DNA of 64,000 bases, from contig OZ316776.1 in NCBI GenBank assembly GCA_973851085.1, positions 7,006,001 to 7,070,000 on the forward strand, written 5' to 3'. The DNA is from Ptychomitrium polyphyllum. Taxonomy: Eukaryota. Below, one piece after another: positions 51,712 to 64,000 of this stretch (its first letter is position 1; each line of letters begins with the position of its first letter). The position numbers and the translations under genes were made by a program. The notes below the pieces were generated by a model, which saw only the letters and a program-made list of their open reading frames with translations, did not search any database and was not told where the DNA came from.

Positions 51712-54342
51712 GTGTCCCTGTCTGTGTGTCCAGTACGTATGGTAAATGACTCCAGCAGCTTCTCAGTGAGCACCCGCATGCCACAATCATGCGTGCGAGA
51801 ATGGAATCCCAAAAGCGTTACTGAATCCAAAGCCGACACTACCATTGCGTTTCAGAGACTCAATTGTAGAGAAGCAGTACTGTGGAAAGTGACGGTTTTA
51901 GGTGCATCAATGGGTTTGGGTCTGTTAACGGTTTTGAGTGTGCATGCGTAATACCACATGTACTGTCACTGTCCCTGTCACTGTCACCATGCACTGATCT
52001 TTTGGTGATGTGAGTCTACCGTGGTAGTGGTCGACCCGTCTGTCCAAGTTTGCAGTCCATTTGGGAGGAAATCCTGCCCCCTTTCATATGTACCGTGTTG
52101 TACATTTGGATGGATGATTTTTTGGGGTTGTGTTCCTAGTGGCATTAGTGGCATTCCCTGGAGTGAGAGGGAACGGTACTAGTAGACAACCAACCTTCCC
52201 ATTTCCCAAATCATCATTAAATTTCTGAAAGGGAACTCATTATTTGGTCAAGATTGTGTTTGTTGTGTGATCTTCAAAGGAAGGTTTTTCTACTAAAGCT
52301 TTGCTTTGAAGCCTCTTGTATGATTTTTCTTGCTCATGCAAGTACAACCTATCATAAGTACTTTACATATTAATCTACCTCCTTTTGTAATTTAAGTTGT
52401 TTTTATTTTTAACTTTCTAAACTTTATAAAATGTAAAAACATAATATTAAATATTCATCTACTGTAACTTAGAAAACATGTAGTCTTGTTGTCTTATAGT
52501 TATTTATTTACTTGAAAAATTCTTGTGTTTTTGTATGTGGCTACAATTTAACATTGAAAATATTCAAATAATGTTGTAGCAACTAACTTTGATTTATTAA
52601 TATACTATATGCTAGAAGTTAGGCACGTTGTTTGTATCAACAATGATTACATATGCTACTTAAGTTAGTTAAAATAATCTCATTTACTGAATTAGCTATT
52701 TTTTACATCTAGGATTTCATGCATAAAAGAATGTGATGCAATTAAGCTTTTATATTATAAAATTTACTTCTTCAAAGCCTATAGAAAATTAGATCAAGTA
52801 AAATTTTGATTTGTTCTATTTGTATTACATTAAAAATTAAAAATTATCTTTAATATTTTATAAAATGAAAATTCAATAACTTTGATTTTATCAAAGAATA
52901 TAATATGAAAGGAAAATTAATGATAAATTATTACAAAGCTCATACATCATGTGATATAATTTTGCCATAAGATTCAAAACAACATCTTCTAAATTAAAAT
53001 AATGCTTTAAGTACGTTGATAATGAAGGATTTGTAGTTTTTGATACAATAAACGTTCTAAAGAGTGTCTTATATTTTTATATATTTCAAAGGTCTAATAA
53101 AATGTATCATAGTATATGCTAAAATAACAAATAAAACTTCAGTTGATTGATTGGCAGTATGAAATGTTATATAATATTTTTATATAATATTAAACCATAA
53201 ATTGCAATTGAAAATAAATCAGGTTTGTATGCATAATTAAAAATAAAGGTTTAAAGAATAGACTCAGATTCAAATAATTTCAAAAGTAATGCAAATCTCT
53301 TATTAAAAAAATGAATTATGTTAAATATGTATTCATACAAAAAAATTAATTGAAATTACAAAAAGACAAGTTGAACTACTAAAAGATAGATAGTCATGTT
53401 TTACAACACTTTCATAAAAAAAAAATTGATCAAAAACAAAGCATACATCTAAAAAAATAATATAATGATAAAAGAGAATATATTAAAAAAATATTTTATA
53501 CTCAAGTACCTTCTTAAGCAACAACAACATTCTTTAGGAATTATAATTAATAATTTTTAACATAAAAGTGTTTATACTTGCAACTTTCTAAATTTCTATG
53601 TATTATATCAAACAATCACTAAGTTACTATTGACGAACTTTTTTTAGATGTTTTTGTAATCTTAAAACTTTTGGCAAATCATAAAGTGTGGAAAAAAGGC
53701 GTCACAAAAGACAAACAAAACCACATATTTTCTACTACCAACTGTAAAATAATATATGTAAAAACATTAATTTTACTTGATAAAAATTCCAATGTCATAG
53801 TATAAAAAAAAGGTTAAGTAATATCATTATTAAGATATAATACCAAGATAAATTCATAATAATGTTCAATGATCATGCTTTTAAGATAATTTAAACCTAC
53901 AAGTTCATTATAAAAACCTTACTTCATTGAAAGTTAATGAACTTTATGTATCAAGTTATCAAACTATATTCATATCTTCATACATTTGTTCTTCCGTGTC
54001 CTAACCATCATTCATAGTTAAGTTACCAATTTCTAAAGTGAAGGTATATTGCTTCAATTGCTAAAGGATGTTATGAACCTAAATCAAAATAAATAAATGA
54101 ATAAAAATTTAAAAATAAATATATATGCAACCATTGCTTGAAAAAGAAATTCGAAAAAACCCTCTTGAAAGATCAGCCAGGAGGGAACCTATCATTTTTT
54201 TCTATAACCGATTTGTGGACCCCGTCTAAGCCCTACACAGTGTCATACACACACTTGTCCAAGCTCAGGCGACACGGCCCACTCATCCACAACCACAACG
54301 GACTTTTGATCCCTCGAACGCGTCCCCAGTATACCCTATAAC

Positions 54343-54558
54343 GTTCTCCAAGACGTTCACAACATGTTCCCATAATGTTCCCATAATGTTCCCATGATGT
54401 TCCTCGATGGTTCAGGATCTGTTCCCAATCTGTTCCTAAGGTGTTCCCGAAAAAATTACAACTTGTTCCCCATTTGTTCCCATCACGTTTCTAGATAATG
54501 TCCCATCATGTTCCCAGACAGTTCCCGGTGAGTATCCAAGAATTCCCGATATGTTCCC
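54343..54558. repeat. 11-bp-period GTTCCC array upstream of XRCC4
   Basis: Core G at 54355, 54366, 54377, 54388, 54399, 54410, 54421, 54432, 54443, 54465, 54476 and 54487, then 54510, 54521, 54532 and 54553. Confidence 0.9.
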
Positions 54559-55258
54559 AACGGGAAGCAGGCTCCGGAGTCGCCATAGCTCTGTTCGGGA
54601 ATGCTTCTCAAGCAATTGTGCATTTCGGAATCACAAATGGCTGCCACTCCTCGCCTTCATGGACTCTTGATTAGTAGCACACGATTTTTCCAACTGGGTC
54701 CCCAAGGTTTTATTTCTTATGGCTTTATAACGACCGAGGAATCTCATTAACAAGGACAGGTCTAGGTTGCGAGGCTTGTGTGATGGTGATTCCTGGCAAC
54801 CGGATGATTGCGATTCAAGTGAAGCGGAGCGGTGCATCGTGTTGAGGTAAGGAACTTATCAATCATTTCCAGGAGAGTTTTTGAAAAAAATGAGTACCGC
54901 AGTGTATGCTTGTGTGTTAGTTCACAATAGTTAAGAAACTCAGAAATAGTTTCTCCATGTACTCTTGGGCTTGCGTGATTGCACTCGGGGAGAATAGCTT
55001 TGAAGTTAATCTCAATCTTTACCTCAGTTGATGTGGTGGGGAATGGCTGTGGTTTTTTCGTGAATCAGACGAAGTTGGTTGTGAGGAAAATCAGCTTGCA
55101 GCTAATCTTGTTGGGTAGAAACAGTGGCAGTTCTTCACCTAGCGTGGGTTGATTTTGTCTATGGAGCTTCTGGAAGAGTTGGTTTTAATTTTGCTGCAGT
55201 ATGAGTCCATGGCCAACTCTTCTTATACTTCTCTATTTTTAGGGTTACGAGGGCCGGG

Positions 55259-56948
55259 ATGGCGGGATTCGACAACAAGACGTGCACTCGACTTGAGGTT
55301 CAGGAGGGAATTGGCAACACGATTGTGAAGAAGCTGCTCTTTGTGAAGAGTGAATGGAAGCCAACGAGGTCGGAGTCGACGAGTTTCGATCTTGCAGTGT
55401 CGGATGGACTTCGGGCTTGGTGGTTCGAAGGCTCCGAGGCGTTTGTGAGTGACAGGGCCGAAGCTTGGGACAAGAAAGTGAGCTGGGTGATGGAGAAGCT
55501 GAAGTTCTACCTCACTGTGGGACAATCTGGTGTGGCCTACCGCTTCATTAAGACTCGGGATGATCGCCGAAAGGTTCGGCATTCTGCAAGTATTTGCATT
55601 CAGATACCTTCTGAATCTTGGCGATCATTATGTTGTTGTTGTTCTGATAGCTGAGCATGACATACCCGACGGTTTATCCAGTTTTCAGCTGCTGTCTGTT
55701 GAGGGAAAGAGGTGTTGAATTTTGTTTCTCTTTGGTTTTGGCTTGTGGATGAGTGTAACGTAATTGGTTGTATTGTGCAGTTACTTGTGGAGGATATGTA
55801 AATATGTAGTCTGAGGTTGAATTGGGTGGCCTGGTTGTGCAGTTATCCTTCGATATTGAGGACAAAGAATCGCATCTTTCACTGACAGCTAATTTTGTAC
55901 TGGTGAATGCGCCAGATCCAGAGAATATTACCTGCGACATGTTAGGGTTTCTATACGATGGCAACTGTCAGCTTACGGTATTTGCAACACGTCCATTAAG
56001 AGATTTTTGCCTTAATTGAGATGATTTGTGGTGGTCTTCGAATTTTCCTAGTTGCAGCCAGACTTTGCTTAACGTCGTCTTATTGATAGCATTGACAAAT
56101 ACATCTGTAGTTGTAGATCATGGCCTAATATTTATTCTACGTTGGTTGCAGGAGAGCTATTTGAAGAAATGTCGAACTCTTAATTGGGCTATAAGAGAAA
56201 AGGAAACTGTTATAGAGCAGAATAAGCGTTTTGAGATTGAGAAAAACAAAATCAAAGATGATCTAATGAAGAAGGTATTAATTCCACTTCTACACAAGAT
56301 CTTCTATATTTTGTCTGAAGTATTCACAAGTGCTCTTGTAAAGATGCTATTGAAATCTACTTTTGTGTAGTTTGTGGCAGTACTCAATACCAAAAAATCA
56401 AAAAATAGGGAGCTCAAGAAGGAGATTGACAAATTTAGAGCACAATTGAAGTCGAAGGTTAAAGAGGAGGATGAGAGGGAGGACAGTACTAGTTCTTCCA
56501 GTGAAGATGAAGATGACGAAGGGGAGAGTGAGCACCAGAGGTCTTCACCAGAAAAAAGGATCAAGGTAAATCACAAATTGTTTGCTGCTGAGGATACGGA
56601 TTAATTTGTATTAAGGTATCCGAGTCTTGAATTATTACTTTCATTAACTAATTGTAATCATAATCTGTAATCATAATATGTGTTTTTGTGAAGCAGAAGG
56701 ATGAAGCATTTAGCGAAGGGCTGGTTAGTGGGGAGAAACCATCCACCTCTGGAGTGAATGTGGTCAATGCAGACCTAGATGCAACTCAACCTTTTTTGGA
56801 TGAGATAGAGGAAGAACCCCAAGTTATCGAGGCCCTAGTTATTGAGCCCCCAGTTATTGAGCCTCTAAAGGACGATCCTCCTAGCTTGTCAGCCCTGGTT
56901 GGAGACGCGCCCTACGCGGGATTACAAAGAAAAAAGCGGCGGAATTGA
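55259..56948 (+). CDS. XRCC4: DNA repair protein XRCC4 (NHEJ, ligase IV partner)
   Basis: Exons 55259-55573, 55843-55977, 56152-56274, 56371-56565 and 56697-56948; 5' UTR intron about 54847-55242. Plant XRCC4 motifs TCTRLEV..FVKSEW..FDLAVSDG..W..RAEAWD, LGFLYDGN and KFVAVLNTKKSK; acidic tail; C-terminal basic NLS RKKRR. Confidence 0.9.
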
Positions 56949-58117
56949 TGTTTTGTGCTTATACATATATCAATCGCAATGTACAGTTTTCTTTTTAGAT
57001 AACTTCTATTGAAAGTCACACAAATATACTAGACGCTAAATGCGAATGTTGAATAGTATATTTGCAGAAATTCCAGAAAACTCATAAAAAACACAATCCG
57101 GGGCAACAAAAAGGCACACTTGACTCGACAAGGCGAAGTTGCACAAGACTTATTTAAGCGCTGGTTTCGTATGCTAGTCAATCGAACATTGAAGTATATA
57201 AATACACTCCCTGTATCACTACTACATCTGCTTGCAGTCCAACCCCACACTTGGATAGAATTCAACCTCAACCTTCACAAAATGCGGCAAATACGGCTGC
57301 ATTGCTCTCATCCCTGTCAGTATTCACATAAAAGGCTGGCTGTCCACGTGCCCTGTATGCGGGATCAAGGCTTTGCAGAAACTCTAGTACACTCATCAAA
57401 AGGGAACTAGAAAAACACATCGACCTATCAAGCAAGGCTGGGGGCAATGCTGTATTCTCGAGGAAGTGACGAACACGGCAGGCACGAAATTACCTAAGGC
57501 TCGTATTTTAGGAACGTAAACCTAAAACCGTGACTGTACCCATAAATCGACACCACCTAGCGCAGGCATAAATCTCCATTTCAAAAGAAGAAGATCAACA
57601 GTCCACACAACGGTCAGGAACTCACACGAGCGCCTCCCAAGATTCAGGAATCCATCGTCGCGACCAAACTTTTTCAAGGAAACGGTGATTGTTTGTCTTT
57701 GGCTGATGCGCCACCAATGATCTCCGCCATCACTTATCCTGTTCGTGAATCCCAACAACTTTCATGATTTCGGTGAGTCGGTAGAACATCCTGGACGTTA
57801 TGTCTTCAACAATCTTGATGAGACCACTCGGAACCAACACTGTCGTGAGAGAACGACAGAGAGGAGGAGGAGGTCACGTGTTGTTGCTTGTGGAAGAGAT
57901 CATCAAGAGCTGATGATATGAATTCAATCCTCATTATTTGTAGGTTTTGGGCTTGATGTGTGGTGATTGAAAGAAAGAAAGAACGGAAGCGAGAGTGGCT
58001 GATTATGTTGACAATTATGCGGTTTTGTTGCCTCATTGTAGAAGAGGTGAGCTGAAGCTCAGGGTTTGGAGGTGGCGAGTTCGTGGATGAGAACGCGGGG
58101 GGAGTTGATGCGTAAGG

Positions 58118-59661
58118 ATGCAGTTCTGGTGGCCCCGATCCTCGAGGGCGACTGCATGGTGGGATCATTATGATGCGGTGCAGACGTGCGCTGTGGTGCT
58201 TCTTTACAGCCAGGTGGGGACTCTATGTGCTCAATGGAATTAGCTGCATTGGTTGGGTTGAGTGTTCAAGCAGCAGGAGGGAGGGAGGGAGGGAGGGAGG
58301 GCTGCTTTGAATGAATCGCAATTAGTCTCCCTCTGCCGTTTGGAAATGTGATGTAGATTCGGTGTAGTAATGTGGGTGCATATAGTATCGTCACTTTCAC
58401 CTCTCCTCCTTCGACCTTACCATTTGAATTGTCTGAAGATTACGGGAAAACAGAGGCTTACGAGAGAATCTCCCACGGTGTTTAGGGTTTGGGGTTTACA
58501 TGTCGTTTGATGGGTTAACCTAGCTGTGAACATTCAAAGGCTTTATGTGAACATTCAAAGGCTTTATGTGAACATTCAAAGGCTTTATGTGCTCATTTGT
58601 CAGCCTTCTGTATTCCTTAGTTTGCCATTGTTCGAGAGTACTTACAGATTGGTGCCTAGGTTGACTCTGAAGAGACTGGTGCAGGTGGCTTGTGCACTAT
58701 TGGGATCATTGGGCGCGGTATACACGGGCATTGTGTTGGCGAACTTGACACTCGCATTGTTCGCCTTGGTTGCGATAGAAAGCGGTAGTCAAAGCTTAGG
58801 TCGAGCCTATGCTGGGCTTTTGGTTGTTTCACTGTTCCTTGACATCGTGTGGTTCTGCCTGTTTACCAATGAAATCAAGTGAGTACTTTGCTTGAAGCGT
58901 TCACCATCATGCCCCGTAGTTGAATGCTTCTTGAGCTCTCTACCATCATGAATAACAGGTTAATGAATGCCTTCTCAGTTTTTTTCTGTTCGTTAAGAAA
59001 GTGATTTTCTAAAAGGAATGATGGTCCTTGGTTGGGAGGGATTGCAGGCACTTCGGGAGTGAAACAAAACTGGGGAAGTTTGGAGCCTTCTCTGTGCAGC
59101 TCATGTTCTGGATGCAAGCTGCCGGAAGTGGATTTCGCTTCTTCTCGTTCTTTCTGTGGTTCCAGATGTACAGACTGGGTGCGATGTCAGGGACATCGGC
59201 TACGCAATTGCGGGCCGATTTTGAGAGCAGTAATGCAGTGTTTGGTTCTTACACTCTAGATGATTCTATACCAGACCACGAAAGTGCGGAATTGGGAAGA
59301 ACGGATATCGACAGTGCAGAAAGTACAGAGTTCGAAACGCAGGGGCTTTCCGTTTATGACCAAGCTGCGTTTTCTCCTCCGTACCGAAATTTCAGTGGTA
59401 ACAACGATCTTGACATTGAGGTATACATCTATCAACATGTCTTATTATTAGTCTGCTGTGTGTCATTTCATGTACAGAAATCAGTAGTTCTTTTATGGAT
59501 CATTGATTTTGCTCTCTGCATATTGTCTGCAGCTTAATGGCTGAGCAACTAGTAACTGATTTGTCATATGTGAATGGACGTTCATTGTTTTACAGTCCAA
59601 TGGCCAGTGGTCACAGGACGAGCGCCAACTTCAGAAACCACTTTTACACGATGAGTCCTGA
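58118..59661 (+). CDS. Conserved uncharacterised plant multi-pass membrane protein
   Basis: Exons 58118-58213, 58685-58878, 59048-59420 and 59596-59661 splice in frame. Hydrophobic segments CALLGSLGAVYTG..LALFALVAIESGSQSLGRAYAGLL..LDIVWF and FFLWFQMYRLG. Confidence 0.85.
58525..58591. repeat. Perfect 21-bp tandem repeat x3 in intron 1
   Basis: TGTGAACATTCAAAGGCTTTA three times, plus TGTG. Confidence 0.95.
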
Positions 59662-60656
59662 TTAAAGAAGGATTTAGGGTCGGAATAGTAACTTTCATTC
59701 TGACTTGTAAGATACGACCTTCCCAGCCATTGTCAAGGATTGCTATCGAATAGCAGTTACAGCAAATGAATCTGTTCTTTCTAAGAGTACTTTCCTTGAT
59801 CTGAGCTTGGTATGTACAGTTAAGCAGATTTCATCATTCACAAGCACTTCTTTGTCTAGAGGGCTCTAAAAAACTGTCAAATTGATGTGTTGAGACTGTT
59901 TATTCACAGTTAAAGGATTGAGCGGATGATTGCACTGTTGTGCAGTCAGCACTTCATGTTCATCGAAACCATGTGCTGAGACCTAGTGGTCTAATATGCA
60001 CCATTGTCAACAGTAGGAATTGTATCTCAGATCAGACATTCTATCACGAAATAAAAGGATACAGTGATTCGTTGTATGACCCAGCATATACAGTGAAATA
60101 AATGTTTTGCTTCCGTTGCATACTTTCGACAAAAATTGATAATAACTGCATATACTACTGTAGCAGAAGCCAGCCAATAAATGATTGAACTCCCAAAAAA
60201 AGAACGCTGATAAGGCTAGCTTTAGCAGCAAAAATGCTGGTCAAAATTACTGACTGAACCAGTTGTGGTAGGAACAAAATCAATCGACAACCAGTTACAG
60301 TTAACAGTGCTTTGATTTTCATCAAATTCTTCTCTCCTAATGTACATGCATCCCTCCACTATATACTATGGGCAAAAAGCCAGGTTCTGGTAAACTCTCC
60401 CACAAGTCTGTTCCGAAGATAAACCAAGGGGAGAGCAAGACGACCGTGAACTCTTCCTAAACTTTCATTGTGAAGATTCAATCATTCTTATCTTTGAACA
60501 CGAACGAATGTGACTTTCCAAGCAGCATGAAAAGTTCGAGCAAACACCCAAGGTTAAGAGGCCTACGCTTAAGACATGCAGCTACTATGTTATATCATCA
60601 TTGGTAAGCTGCAGCCTTTCACCGATTCTCATTATGATTGCCAATACTCTCCTACC

Positions 60657-62981
60657 CTATGGAGCCGGCAAAATTTTCAAATCAACGTCTTTGAGAAACC
60701 ATTCCGGTATGAGCTTGGCTGCGTGAGGATAAAGATCTTTGTACGAATTTCGGATCGTAACTTCAGCCACGCCAGCAACTCTTGATATATCTGGCGACAT
60801 AAAAGTGATTGGTTCAGAAATCATTTAACTACTAAGCAGTTCCTTAATCACGATGCAAATCACCAAAAGCACAAAAGCGGCTCAATGATACGTCCAGAAC
60901 ATATTACCCTTTAAAGCTTTCTTTTCTTTTTCATTAAGTTGTGAAATCATATATATAGCAGCTGCAGCAACTGATATGGGACTCTTCCTGCATATACAAA
61001 CAAATAGGAAAAATGAGACACAATGTCAATATGTAACTAGAAACACTACCATTGATTTGTCCAGGCACAGGAAAATTGAACCGATTAACAACCCCGATAC
61101 ATCTTGAAAACACAAGTTGGAAAATCGATACACCGCATAGAAAAGAAATGTAGAACGAAAACGACACTAACCGGATGTCCAGCATCTCCGACTTCTTCAC
61201 TGTTTCTGTGGCTGCTCTAACCTCGTTGTTTTCCATATTGAGGTGTGAGCAAAATCTCCTCTGCAATAATAAAATATTAGACAAAAGCTCTCACCCGTAA
61301 TATATCCAAAGGTCTGGGGAGGGGGGTGGTTCACATACAAGTCTGTCTTATGTTGCCAAACAGAGAAAATAATATCATGACGATGGATGTTACTATTAGT
61401 AACAACTGCCTACTTAAAAGTTCTGACTGATGCAAACAAGCAAAAAGAAGGCGAAGATAGACCTACCAGAAAGTCGCCGGCATGAATAGTTCCCATCTCC
61501 ATAGAAATCCCCATATCCTCTTCCAATTGCTTCACAATAAACTTGGTTGCTCTTCCGATCTCCTTCTTCGATGCTCCATTCGCAACGGAGCAAATTTCTG
61601 CTAAACCAAAAGCATTCATGAGTACATATATTCTATAAACATCAATTTCATAGCAGACGAACCAGATTTATCTCAATATAATATCTTCACATCAAAAGCA
61701 CAATATCATGAGAAAATTTTCCATGTCAATAGTAGTATCCCAAGAAAACACAAGAATTGGGACCTTCAATAAATTTTTATCTTTTTATCATAGCCCCTGC
61801 GGAACAATTGAAAAGTGACTCTATAACCAGACAGAGAAGGCAGTGAGGAGGTACAACCTTTGAATGTACGAGGTTTGTCTTCCTGCCGGCAAGCAATGTA
61901 TAAGCAGGCAGCCAGTATCGCATCCTGGCTTCGGCCACGAATGGATTTCAGGTCTTCAACCTTCTTATATATCTCGTTGGCCCGATCCTTCACACCAAAG
62001 CAGAGGGAGGCATAAGTTCTGTCTACTGCATCAACATATGCTTCCCAAATAATCTCTTTCACCTTGTCATCTTTTCACGTGCACAGCAACTCCAGTGTTA
62101 ATGGACTAACAAGAGTCCTTAACAACGGAAATCGTATCTGCTCACCTTGATTGTTGACACCAATCCGAGCCTAAATCCCGCCCCACAGAACAAAGCTCAT
62201 CGATGAGTTAGAATGCCCAAGTCAACTAAATTTACTCGCCTAATAAAAGCAACAACAGATATCTAATCGACGCTTAACTCACACAGGCAGAATTGGCAAA
62301 AAGCGCAAAACAAAGATGACATCACCTTCGCATGTTACTGCTATCATAGAAAATATTACTTCATTTAATTAATTACTATTTGTTGATGGTTTAGCTACAA
62401 GCGATCTATGGCAAACACAAACCGCTACAACCCCAATTTCCTCAAAATTAATATAACCCTAACTATACCCTGACGACAAGTATCTCTATTAATTCGGTCT
62501 CTCTAGAACCAATGTAATATATCTTTCTGTATGCTGCAGTGAAAGTATATTGTGAATGTTGCTGTTCAAGCATAGTCCGCACATTTCTCAAAACAGGGCC
62601 CCATCGAGCTAGAAGGGAGTGATGTGAAACTCACCTGTCCGCCATGGTCCCAATGGAACGAAACGCAATGATGAGAGTTCGATCAGGATTTGAGCCCCTG
62701 TTCTGCCACCGCCCAAGGGAGGACATGAAGTCGCCCTGCGCACCGTTGGGCTTGGATATTATCGTCGACAGCCCGCCGTCTGTGAGAAGAGGATTTGAAG
62801 GCCCACCCACACGAACAGGATCGCTGGAAGTTGAATCCGAAAACGTTCGCCACTCCGAGCTCTCATCTACCGAATGCTGCTCTAGGACTAACCCGCACTC
62901 TGCACACACCATATCCCCAGCAGCATGGTCTACCACTACCTCTGTCGCCTTCCGACACTCGGGACATATCGTCTTATTCAT
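60657..62981 (-). CDS. TFIIB: Transcription initiation factor IIB
   Basis: Exons 62981-62635, 62170-62146, 61987-61858, 61597-61467, 61260-61172, 60987-60908 and 60790-60657. Zn ribbon CPEC..CAECG, B-reader EWRTF..DPVRVG, cyclin folds [19 protein letters not shown] and [13 protein letters not shown]. Probable 5' UTR intron about 63034-63670. Confidence 0.97.
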
Positions 62982-64000
62982 GTTTTGATGCTTGCGCTTA
63001 CAAATTGTTGGCAACAGTTACTTCGTGTTTGTTCTGCAACGATGCTGGCTCTTCAATCTCTGAACCCCAGCAGACAATTCAACGTCAAAAACCCCTACTA
63101 ACCTCCCTTATATACTCCCTTCTCCTCAGTATTTTCCTTGGGAATCACGCAACCTAACCTCTTCCCTACTTCAACGAAAACCAACAACCACTAAACCCCT
63201 CACGAAATCCACACTCAAAACTCCAAAGATAAGCCCCCACTCAAACATCACTGTCGGAATCACATTCGCTACCGATTCTCAAGCCGAAATTTAGGGTTTA
63301 TAAAAAACCTTAATGCAATTCACCACCAAAAAACACAAAGAATCTCAACTCTCAACCCTCAAAACCACTTCACTCCTGTCAAAGTTTCCCAAACCGTCAT
63401 AAAAACTTCGCAAACAAGTGCAAAAAAACACGAATGGCATAAACCGAGACGGCTAAGCTGATCCATATTGAACCCCGAGCAGATTCCTCAAAATTCTACC
63501 CGAAACCACGAAATTTGCGCACTGAGTGCAACAGTACGAAGGCAACAACAGCAAGTATGTATGATCCATGATCCCACACAGAGGTTGCGAGCACATGATT
63601 GAATAATCCAAAGGTAAGGCTGATGATCCAAAGCTACGAGTAGGGTGTCACAGTCAGAGCGTGATATCACCTGCCTTAGGAAGCGTGAACAAAAACCTCA
63701 GCCAACGATCCTCTCTCACAGTTCGTAACTCCACTGCCGCAATTAGAAATTCCAAGTGGAACTCCGACACTACCAATGAAGGAATACATGCATGCATGAA
63801 GTGAGTGGCTTCCTTCACCGACTGGGCACCAAATGGAACGCCGTAAGCGCCAGTTAAGTGGGGTAGGTTTGGTCTGGTGGACGAGCGCCTGCAAGACAAT
63901 CGCCGCGGCGGACCTAGCGCGCGAGGAGCGAGCGAGCGGTCGCCGTGATCAGCGAAGTGTAATCTCGCTGCGAGCGCTGGATTCAAGGTTTTCCTCGCAG

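Noticed and set aside
54343..54558. CRISPR-like repeat-spacer array
   Set aside because: Cores are 6-7 bp with 4-5 bp linkers, the context is eukaryotic, and there are no cas genes.
63290..63300. Telomeric TTTAGGG sequence (also near 647, 55238 and 58481)
   Set aside because: Single copies in gene 5' regions are ordinary telo-boxes, not interstitial telomere arrays.

Overview
Eukaryotic, intron-containing plant DNA, most likely a moss (Physcomitrium-like, inferred from gene content and retrotransposon types). The left part (1-10 kb) holds a 12-coding-exon PP2A B'' regulatory subunit gene. The middle (about 12.6-43.1 kb) is a deeply nested, decayed LTR-retrotransposon island: a Tcn1/RLG1-like chromovirus inside an older Gypsy element, a Copia element with a half-tRNA primer site, a minus-strand Gypsy relic, and several solo LTRs, some with clear target-site duplications (TSDs). 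The right part (49-64 kb) has a bZIP factor (-), XRCC4 (+), a conserved plant membrane protein (+) and TFIIB (-). Most notable signals: (i) an 11-bp-phased GTTCCC array with variable linkers upstream of XRCC4, echoed by a looser cluster at 1.1 kb; (ii) two inverted 1506-bp LTR-like copies with near-identical interiors but diverged tips; (iii) a Tf1-type self-priming signature coupled to an LTR hairpin; (iv) an open extra ORF downstream of the chromodomain. All calls come from reading and translating by eye; no searches were run.
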